Shown in pieces: positions 17,470-23,706 of a DNA stretch of 28,060 nt. The notes under the pieces were generated by a model. It was given only the letters and a program-made list of their open reading frames with translations. It did no database searches and was not told where the DNA came from. The translations under genes and the position numbers were made by a program. Origin of the DNA: a virus (taxonomy: Duplodnaviria > Caudoviricetes); IMG/VR virus record IMGVR_UViG_3300031811_000008, positions 1 to 28,060 of that record; one strand, written 5' to 3'. How positions within the stretch are numbered: position 1 is the first letter of the stretch; each line of letters opens with the position of its first letter.

Positions 17470-18120
17470 TCAGCGCTTTAAAACGGCCATTCCAGAGGTG
17501 AAAATCGGCGCGGTGTATCCAGCGTCCAGGGCATTTGGGTTGTACGGATAAGGCTCCTTGGTGGCGATGCCGCTCCCCTTGACCCCGAGCGTTCGGTAAG
17601 CCATGTCGAAGGCTTCCTTCGCCATCACATCGGCGGGGTTGCGCCTTAGGATCAAGACGCCCAGAGCGGCGCCGTAATGGGTGGCCGCGGTGCGAATCAA
17701 GTCCGGCGTGCCGAGCAGGATCCGCGCGTCGTCGGGAAATTCGGCCTTGCCGCTGCCGAGCCATTGCGGCGGGTCGGCGGCGTAGGTGATAACGTTGGCC
17801 GCGTAGGCGGTGACCTTGTACCAAGTGTTTTGTTCCTCAACGCGGAACTCGTCGCCGACGGTCGGGTCGCCGGTTCCCCCGTCGATCGTGACGGTCGTAT
17901 CGCCGGCGGCGTGGTCGGCTTGATTGACTAGCCAATCTGCCGTCTGTGGGCCGATCTGAGCGAAGGGCGCGGCCCCGGGGTATACAGAGTCGATCCAAGC
18001 CCGAGCCGCCGCACGAAGCTTTATATCGCGCTTGGCGGCCGTATCGATCGGGCTACCGACGAGACTATCGGGAAGCTGGTCGGTGAGGTCAGCGTCGGAA
18101 CAGTAATAGAGGGCGGTCAA
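17470..18120 (-). CDS. Head-tail connector (Mu gp36-like) with inserted beta domain
   Basis: YYCSDADL N-terminus, A..WIDS, P.LIR.AA; about 75-aa insertion; position after capsid. Confidence 0.7.
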   Translation of the reverse strand: MTALYYCSDADLTDQLPDSLVGSPIDTAAKRDIKLRAAARAWIDSVYPGAAPFAQIGPQTADWLVNQADHAAGDTTVTIDGGTGDPTVGDEFRVEEQNTWYKVTAYAANVITYAADPPQWLGSGKAEFPDDARILLGTPDLIRTAATHYGAALGVLILRRNPADVMAKEAFDMAYRTLGVKGSGIATKEPYPYNPNALDAGYTAPIFTSGMAVLKR

Positions 18121-18392
18121 TTTTTCTTAGTCGATCCAGGGGGCCGGCCGCGTCTCGGTCTGGCGGCCTCGACTTGTTCGGCTTCGGCTTTCTCGGTGGC
18201 CTTATCGGCTTTCTTGGCCGCGGCCTGCTCTGCGGATTCGGTCGGGTCGTAGCCTTCGACCGTGCCATCGCCGATGAGTTCGTATTCGGCCTCGTCGAAA
18301 TCGGTGGCGCGAATAACCTTTCGCTTGCCGTCGGTGATCCGCGTTACGGCGACGCAAGCCGGGTGCCTCTTGGAGCCTTGCCAATCTCGCAT
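18117..18392 (-). CDS. Small head-associated protein with AT-hook-like tail
   Basis: 91 aa after the capsid gene; A/E/K-rich linker and C-terminal RPRRGRPPGSTKKN. Confidence 0.75.
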   Translation of the reverse strand: MRDWQGSKRHPACVAVTRITDGKRKVIRATDFDEAEYELIGDGTVEGYDPTESAEQAAAKKADKATEKAEAEQVEAARPRRGRPPGSTKKN

Positions 18393-18426
18393 TTGAGGGC
18401 CTTCCCAGTTTAAAGCGGTTTAAATG

Positions 18427-18506
18427 ACGCCCGCGGAGCTCGAACCCGAAGATCCGAGCTCCACGAACGCGGAACCCCTCGTTCGCACGAGGAGAAATCC
18501 TCGCGC
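18427..18506 (-). terminator. Tandem RNA hairpins after the capsid gene (attenuator / mRNA stabiliser)
   Basis: 9-bp stem (18485-18506) and about 20-bp stem with cUUCGg loop (18427-18470); mismatches read as G-U pairs only on the minus strand. Confidence 0.75.
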
Positions 18507-18507
18507 T

Positions 18508-19848
18508 TTACCCCATGATACGACAGGCAAGCTCGGGCCGCGGGCAGGCTACCCCGTAGAGGACCGAAAAGCGCCAAGTCGTTTGGAAATACTCGCGCGA
18601 AATCTCGAGTTGCAGCGTTACCCCGGTCTGCGGGTCCGTAAGCGCTACGATTGTATTCCCGCCGTCGTCGTCGGGTTTCGCAGGAGCGAAAGCCAGGGCG
18701 AAAGCGTTTCGATGGAAGGCCATATTGAGGACGTGGTCGGCGGCAAAGGTGATTACCGCATCGTCCGCAAAGCCCCCGACAGGGGCGGCCGGGTAGAAGT
18801 TGACCGCGGCAATCGCGTTCGCGGCTGCCGTCAGCGTGCCGTTGGTGACCATGAAATATCCGGTCACTGAGGCAACGGTAAAGACATCGCCGGTCAACAG
18901 CGTTCCCGTGAGGGTCGACTCGTCGATCGCCATCGTAGTTGCGTCGGCGGCGACTACCCCGTCCACGTCGGCGAGTTTGCCGGAACCGTTTGAAAGCGTC
19001 CCACCGGTGAACGTCGGAACGTTTTGGTTCATCAGCCACGTTGCGCCGAGCTTGCGGCCGATCTCGCCCTCGGTGATTCCTTCCTTGTCGCCGCGCTCGT
19101 TGGCCTTGACGAACAGGTCCAACGAGGTCGCGTTGCCTTCGGCGTCTTCGTCGAGGACGACAAAGCGGTCGGCCTTCGAAGCGAGCGCGGTATTCAGGAG
19201 CTTACGAGCCCCCTTCTGCCAGACGGTCGCGAGCAGGGCCTCGGTGGCGAACGGCGTGGTTCCGGCCGTCCCGACGTGCTGTGCAACGCCGTTGGTGTTG
19301 TCGACGCCGTCGTAAGCTGCGGCGAAGGTGTCAGTATCGATCTTGTTGGCGATCGCTCGGATCGATTCGGCGCTCTGGGTATTCTTGAAGCGGCCCTTCT
19401 CGATTTCGTTGGCGTCCTTGTCGGACATATGGAAATCGGTCTTTTCCCAGTGATTTAGCGCGATCGTGACCGTGGCCGGGGTCTGATCGGTGTTCGCCGG
19501 GGGCGTAGTGGCCGGCACGACCGCGGTAGTCGTCTGGGCGACGGGTACCGGGATCGTGATTGTGTCCCCAACCTCCTTGGCGTTGCTCGAATAACCCTTG
19601 TTAACGGCGCTCAAGGTTGCACAGGATTCGCGAAGCACTTCGAGCGCCTCGGTCATTATGGTTGGAATGATTGCCGAATAAGCGTTCGCGCCGCCGGCGA
19701 TCGGATGGAGCCCCGCGCTGGCGAGCTTGGCAAGACCGGCCTTGAAAGCCTCGAACGAAAACTCGTCCTTGGCCGGCTTATCGGTGGTGAAGATTGCGGA
19801 AAAGAGGGCCAAGAAATAGCCCTTTACGGCGAAGAATAGATTCTTCAC
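18508..19848 (-). CDS. Major capsid protein (P22 coat-like, HK97 fold) with 53-aa N-terminal leader
   Basis: AN..IIP.I..EAL..L, GDTITIPVP, AIANKIDTD, R.VVLD, G.IGRKLG..W.MNQN, NMAFHRNAFALA, LYG....RPELACR. Confidence 0.93.
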   Translation of the reverse strand: MKNLFFAVKGYFLALFSAIFTTDKPAKDEFSFEAFKAGLAKLASAGLHPIAGGANAYSAIIPTIMTEALEVLRESCATLSAVNKGYSSNAKEVGDTITIPVPVAQTTTAVVPATTPPANTDQTPATVTIALNHWEKTDFHMSDKDANEIEKGRFKNTQSAESIRAIANKIDTDTFAAAYDGVDNTNGVAQHVGTAGTTPFATEALLATVWQKGARKLLNTALASKADRFVVLDEDAEGNATSLDLFVKANERGDKEGITEGEIGRKLGATWLMNQNVPTFTGGTLSNGSGKLADVDGVVAADATTMAIDESTLTGTLLTGDVFTVASVTGYFMVTNGTLTAAANAIAAVNFYPAAPVGGFADDAVITFAADHVLNMAFHRNAFALAFAPAKPDDDGGNTIVALTDPQTGVTLQLEISREYFQTTWRFSVLYGVACPRPELACRIMG

Positions 19849-19960
19849 GAGAAAGACTCCCTGAAATGGCGTTTAACTGCGTTACGCCCATCCTGAGAGC
19901 CCCCCGGACCCCTGAGCGACCCCCCCGGGGCCGTTCACGGCTGGTCGTGCGATGTGGCCG

Positions 19961-20716
19961 CTATGCGGCCTTCTCGAACCCTTCGACCTGAACGTCGCCC
20001 TTGCGGACGGCCTCGTTAAAGTCGCCGGTTTCGAATTCTGCCTGAGTGATCGTTCGCCCGCCCCCGGCTTTGCGGCGCGTTTCCTCCCCGCCGCCGCCGC
20101 CGGATCCATCGAAATAAAAGGGCTTGGCGAGCGCGTATTTCTCGAAGAATTCCCCCGGGGCCTCGTCGGCGCCGGCGTTTTTCTCCGATAAAACGGGTTT
20201 ACCGTCCACCATATGAACGAGCCGCCCGTCTTTGGATTCGAATTGAGCTTGAATTGCGCCCACCACGTCGTCTATTGCCTCGGGCCGAACCCCCGCCTCG
20301 ATGGCCTCGGTTTTGAGGACGTTAGTTACGGAAACCTCCCGCAACAGGTTTTTCGTGGTGTCGAGTTCGGCTTGCATCGCCTCGTTCCGGCGCGTGAAGT
20401 CGTCGCTCAACTTTTTCTCTTGAACGTCGAGGGCTGCGTCAATGTCTTTCGAATCGACAAGCTCTTTCCGTTCGCGCTGGCGCTTGAGGTCGGCCGCTTC
20501 CGCGGCGTCCTCGGGCGTGATATCGCCGAATTTCTCCAGGGCGGCCGACAGCTTCACGTTGTTATCGCGGAACTCGGTCAGCTTTGTATCCATCTCCCCG
20601 AGCTTCGTTTGAAGCTCTGCGACTGTGGGCTCCTCGGCCCCGCCACGGATCGGATACATCCCCGCCGCCTTAAGATTGGCGAGGCCCTTTTCGAAATCCT
20701 GCAATTTATACGCCAT
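19961..20716 (-). CDS. Capsid scaffolding protein
   Basis: 251 aa from ATG 20716; KL.EFRDNN, coiled coil, GVRPEAIDD, P.YF.GSGGGG; directly upstream of the capsid gene. Confidence 0.85.
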   Translation of the reverse strand: MAYKLQDFEKGLANLKAAGMYPIRGGAEEPTVAELQTKLGEMDTKLTEFRDNNVKLSAALEKFGDITPEDAAEAADLKRQRERKELVDSKDIDAALDVQEKKLSDDFTRRNEAMQAELDTTKNLLREVSVTNVLKTEAIEAGVRPEAIDDVVGAIQAQFESKDGRLVHMVDGKPVLSEKNAGADEAPGEFFEKYALAKPFYFDGSGGGGGEETRRKAGGGRTITQAEFETGDFNEAVRKGDVQVEGFEKAA

Positions 20717-20780
20717 TTCTACCCCCGGTAGATTGTCCCGAATCCCCGATTCGGAACGGTGAGCGCCAGTGTTGAAAAGA

Positions 20781-20810
20781 AATATACCGGAAAATCCTCT
20801 CTCCAATCAA
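20781..20810 (-). promoter_or_regulatory. Putative promoter of the scaffold-capsid-tail operon
   Basis: TTGATT-18 bp-TATATT on the minus strand, about 65 bp upstream of the scaffold ATG. Confidence 0.55.
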
Positions 20811-20840
20811 GCCAATTCCCCCCGGGGGCCAGAAAAAGGC

Positions 20841-20869
20841 TTGACTCTCTATATCACATGCGCTATATT
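20841..20869 (+). promoter_or_regulatory. Sigma70-like promoter of the + strand island
   Basis: TTGACT-17 bp-TATATT, near consensus. Confidence 0.8.
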
Positions 20870-20920
20870 CTTCACTGTGGCCGGGGCAATAAGGCGCCGG
20901 CGGCGAGGGGAGAAAATAAA

Positions 20921-21379
20921 ATGTCGGAATTTACAGTTAAGCCGGGCGACGAGGTTAAAATTCGATACACCGAATGGACTCCGAGCAAGGAATTTACGCG
21001 GACAGCCTCGGGAACCGTATTGGCCGCGATCTGCGAAAACGACAAAGGAATCGTGACCGAAATCGCGGTTCGCTTGGAAGGATCGCGGCAGAACAGCCGC
21101 GATCCTGAGGCTTACGAATGGCGCGATATCGTCCGAGTCGGCCCCGACGCGGTGCGCGCTTTGATTGTCTGCGACGAGGACGAGGACGAGCGTTGTCACA
21201 TCTGCGGAACCTGCGTTCCCGATCCGAACCGTTCCCTCTGCTCGGCCTGTGGCGAGGTAAGAGCCCACGTAATCGGCCGCCCTATGATAGCCCGAGCAAT
21301 CCTAAGAGCGCTCGACGACGAGCGCTTAACTGAGCCCGTGACCGAGGTTAAAGTCGGGCTCACCGAAACGGCATTCTAA
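20921..21379 (+). CDS. Hypothetical protein, KOW/SH3-like N-terminus plus C4 zinc finger
   Basis: 152 aa from ATG 20921 with GAGGGGAG RBS; VKPGDEVKI; CHIC-x10-CSAC. Confidence 0.75.
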   Translation: MSEFTVKPGDEVKIRYTEWTPSKEFTRTASGTVLAAICENDKGIVTEIAVRLEGSRQNSRDPEAYEWRDIVRVGPDAVRALIVCDEDEDERCHICGTCVPDPNRSLCSACGEVRAHVIGRPMIARAILRALDDERLTEPVTEVKVGLTETAF

Positions 21380-21408
21380 GTCACCCCCAACTTGAGAGGA
21401 AAAATCTA

Positions 21409-21645
21409 ATGCGTGGTCGAACTTGGCAGTTTAATGTAAATCAGATCGCCGGACAGCTGTTAGCCAAAAGCCCGAACTCCAACGTCGCAGAGGTCGCCGT
21501 CAAGGCGGCCAACATGGTCGACGCGGTATACGCCGAGCAGAGAAAGAGGAACGCGGCCGACTTTGCAGCTGCGGCGGCGGCAGATTCCGATATCGGCCCG
21601 CTGCACTCGGCCGCTGATATCTTCGGAGAGGATACCGAAAATTGA
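21409..21645 (+). CDS. Hypothetical protein
   Basis: 78 aa, GAGAGGA RBS. Confidence 0.75.
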   Translation: MRGRTWQFNVNQIAGQLLAKSPNSNVAEVAVKAANMVDAVYAEQRKRNAADFAAAAAADSDIGPLHSAADIFGEDTEN

Positions 21646-21914
21646 GGTTGAATATCAAGCCCCGCGGCGAAGTGGTCGCGGGGCTCATGCGTGGGGAAGC
21701 CGAAGCGCTACGGGAACCGCTCGACGGCATCCCCTCGAGCGAGCCGGCCACGGACAGAAGCTCCGCGCCGGCCGAGCGTGACTCCATAGATGGGAATAAA
21801 ATGACAGGGATCCGAGCCGCCAAGGAACTTACCAAGGGGGCCGCTCAGGGCTTTGCCATTGTGGTCGCCGGAATCGTCGCCCTGTTGCTTCTATTAAAGG
21901 CGGTGGGATTATGA
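21642..21914 (+). CDS. Small protein with C-terminal transmembrane helix
   Basis: TTGA overlap; GFAIVVAGIVALLLLLKAVGL. Confidence 0.7.
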   Translation: MRLNIKPRGEVVAGLMRGEAEALREPLDGIPSSEPATDRSSAPAERDSIDGNKMTGIRAAKELTKGAAQGFAIVVAGIVALLLLLKAVGL

Positions 21915-22117
21915 CCGACGGCGCTTGGATTGAATTCTCGGCCGTCTGCGCGCGCCTCAAGGGCGACTACAGCCCGAGCCCGAGCCGGCCGCGGGCGAAG
22001 CGGATAACCTGTAGGATCGGCGACAAGGAGCACGTCCAGATATGGAACCCCGAAACTGAGGCTTACGAATGGCTAGCTACAACTACGACAAAAACGGAAG
22101 CCTCGCGAAAACGATAG
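21911..22117 (+). CDS. Hypothetical protein
   Basis: 68 aa, ATGA overlap; overlaps the next gene by 49 bp. Confidence 0.55.
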   Translation: MTDGAWIEFSAVCARLKGDYSPSPSRPRAKRITCRIGDKEHVQIWNPETEAYEWLATTTTKTEASRKR

Positions 22118-22635
22118 CCGTTTCCTTGGATTCCCCCGAGCCCATTCCCGAGGTTGGACATAAGCTAACCGTCGACGGAACGACGTACGCAATTACGAAT
22201 ATCCAACTTGCCGCCGCCGGCAAGTTGGATATTCAAGGCGTTGAGTTGTATTCGAAGGCGACCTGCGACGCGGGCGGCGGGCCGCCCATGCTCAAGGCGA
22301 ACGAGGCCGGCGTCCCGTTGCCGGTCGGGCCGTGGTTCGCGCCGGACGAAGTCGAGGTCTTCAATAAAAACGCCGCCGCCGAATCGGTCTACACCCTAGA
22401 GCGCTTGGTCGAACTCGCGAAGGAAAAGCGGGCGGTCGTCTGCCCGTCGAAGTGGGGAACGCACCATAAGCCGGCCTCGTTCGTGGTGAATATGACCGGC
22501 CGCTTGATATACGGCTTGTTCGAGTTGGGCTTGTTCGTGAAGGAAAAACCGGTAAAAGCCGAGAAGGCCAAAAAGCTGCCGAAAGGGTGGGAACACGATT
22601 CCCCCGGGGGGATCCCCGGGGGGAAGGAAGATTGA
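22069..22635 (+). CDS. Hypothetical protein
   Basis: 188 aa, GAGG RBS, followed by a terminator. Confidence 0.8.
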   Translation: MASYNYDKNGSLAKTIAVSLDSPEPIPEVGHKLTVDGTTYAITNIQLAAAGKLDIQGVELYSKATCDAGGGPPMLKANEAGVPLPVGPWFAPDEVEVFNKNAAAESVYTLERLVELAKEKRAVVCPSKWGTHHKPASFVVNMTGRLIYGLFELGLFVKEKPVKAEKAKKLPKGWEHDSPGGIPGGKED

Positions 22636-22660
22636 AGGCGCTTAAACGGGCTCACAACGC

Positions 22661-22707
22661 AAAAGGGACAACCCTTAAGCTTTTACCTTAAGGGTTGCCC
22701 GCTTTCT
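22661..22707. terminator. Likely bidirectional intrinsic terminator
   Basis: CAACCCTTAAG (22669-22679) / CTTAAGGGTTG (22687-22697) stem, flanked by AAAA and TTTCT, between convergent genes. Confidence 0.75.
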
Positions 22708-22734
22708 GCTTACGGCACGATTACGACGCGCTTA

Positions 22735-22760
22735 CGATGATTCGATGATTCGATGATTCG
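22735..22760. repeat. Tandem repeat (CGATGATT)x3 with degenerate flanking units
   Basis: Directly visible. Confidence 0.85.
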
Positions 22761-22770
22761 TACGATTCGC

Positions 22771-22881
22771 TCACCTTCCGCCGCGGCGCTTTGGCTTTTT
22801 CGATTTCTTGCGATGGGGCGGGGTCATTGGCGGCTTTGGCGGGCTGGAACTGCGGCGGGTCTTCGTCGGTGTGCGTGGCAT
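22771..22881 (-). CDS. Very basic 36-aa peptide
   Basis: MPRTPTKTRRSSSPPKPPMTPPHRKKSKKPKRRGGR*; GAGG RBS 9 nt upstream; directly after the MuF-associated genes. Confidence 0.45.
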   Translation of the reverse strand: MPRTPTKTRRSSSPPKPPMTPPHRKKSKKPKRRGGR

Positions 22882-22894
22882 TTTCCATTACCTC

Positions 22895-23242
22895 TCAGGT
22901 TAAGACGGCGATATCCTTCGTCCATCGGCGCTCGGCGTTGTTCCAATGGCTTCGGATGTGATCGAGCACGGCCGCGACGCATTGTGCAACCGTTTTAAAG
23001 CGGTCTGTATCGAAGATCGGCCCGCGGTCGCCAAGCTGCGGCGCGAGCCCGTCGAGGTGGAACTCCAAAAATCCCCGCGGCAATACATCGACCTGTTTCA
23101 TTCGAACCATAACCTCGCGCGCATCCTCGGCGCTTTCATGGCGGCCGACAAATGCGACCTGCACGGCGGCCCCGTCTTCGACCCAAACGCCGACCGGCCG
23201 GTAATGCGGTTGCGGCCCTGTCCACTCTAACATGAATCTCAC
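22895..23242 (-). CDS. Hypothetical protein, candidate MuF immunity/accessory protein 2
   Basis: 115 aa from GTG 23242 (GTGA overlap with the upstream stop). Confidence 0.7.
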   Translation of the reverse strand: MRFMLEWTGPQPHYRPVGVWVEDGAAVQVAFVGRHESAEDAREVMVRMKQVDVLPRGFLEFHLDGLAPQLGDRGPIFDTDRFKTVAQCVAAVLDHIRSHWNNAERRWTKDIAVLT

Positions 23243-23706
23243 GGGCTCACCAAGGCGGGGTCTTCGTCTTCCTCTGCGTCCTCTACGGCCTCGGGAGCGA
23301 CCCACGCCTCGGCCGCGGCTGTATGCTGCGCTATGAGCTCCGCGTCGAGCTCTGGCGTATCTGCGGCGCCTGAGAGGATCCCTAAGCCTCGGTCGTCGGG
23401 AGCGGTGAACGTAAACGTTCGGCCGAGGGCGTTAGCGATTATCAGCCGGTCGCCGTCTGTGCGCCAAGTTTCCGTGCGGATAGTGCGAACCGCTTCGGCG
23501 TCGTTTTCGTACCCGAGCGCCATCGCCAAAAGCCAGACGGCCGCACCGTTGATTTCGCCGGCCTTGTATTCCGGGGCCACGCGCAAGACAACGAGCCTTT
23601 CAATCAAGGTTGAGGATGGCCCGTCGTCGATCATCATGGCCGCCCCGTCCGTGAACGGCGCGAGTTCGCGGGCATACTGCTTTAACATATCCTGGGCGTC
23701 GGTCAT
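23239..23706 (-). CDS. Acidic hypothetical protein, candidate MuF immunity/accessory protein 1
   Basis: 155 aa, ATGA overlap with the MuF stop. Confidence 0.75.
   Translation of the reverse strand: MTDAQDMLKQYARELAPFTDGAAMMIDDGPSSTLIERLVVLRVAPEYKAGEINGAAVWLLAMALGYENDAEAVRTIRTETWRTDGDRLIIANALGRTFTFTAPDDRGLGILSGAADTPELDAELIAQHTAAAEAWVAPEAVEDAEEDEDPALVSP

Larger units (their letters stand above)
21105..22073 (+). repeat. Exact 18-bp direct repeat CTGAGGCTTACGAATGGC (21105-21122 and 22056-22073)
   Basis: Directly visible. Confidence 0.9.

Noticed and set aside
18410-19039. 209-aa alternative-frame ORF within the capsid gene
   Set aside because: Arg-rich off-frame product typical of high GC3 coding; no RBS or motif.
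19849-19960. Possible riboswitch or ncRNA in the scaffold-capsid spacer
   Set aside because: GC-rich stems are possible but I recognise no family; an Rfam/covariation analysis would be needed.
20759-20920. Longer N-termini of ORFs 20759-21379 and 19961-20806
   Set aside because: The extensions run through the divergent promoter region; better RBS/ATG pairs exist at 20921 and 20716.
22705-22770. Possible mini-CRISPR array
   Set aside because: Units are 8 bp and contiguous, with no spacers and no cas genes.
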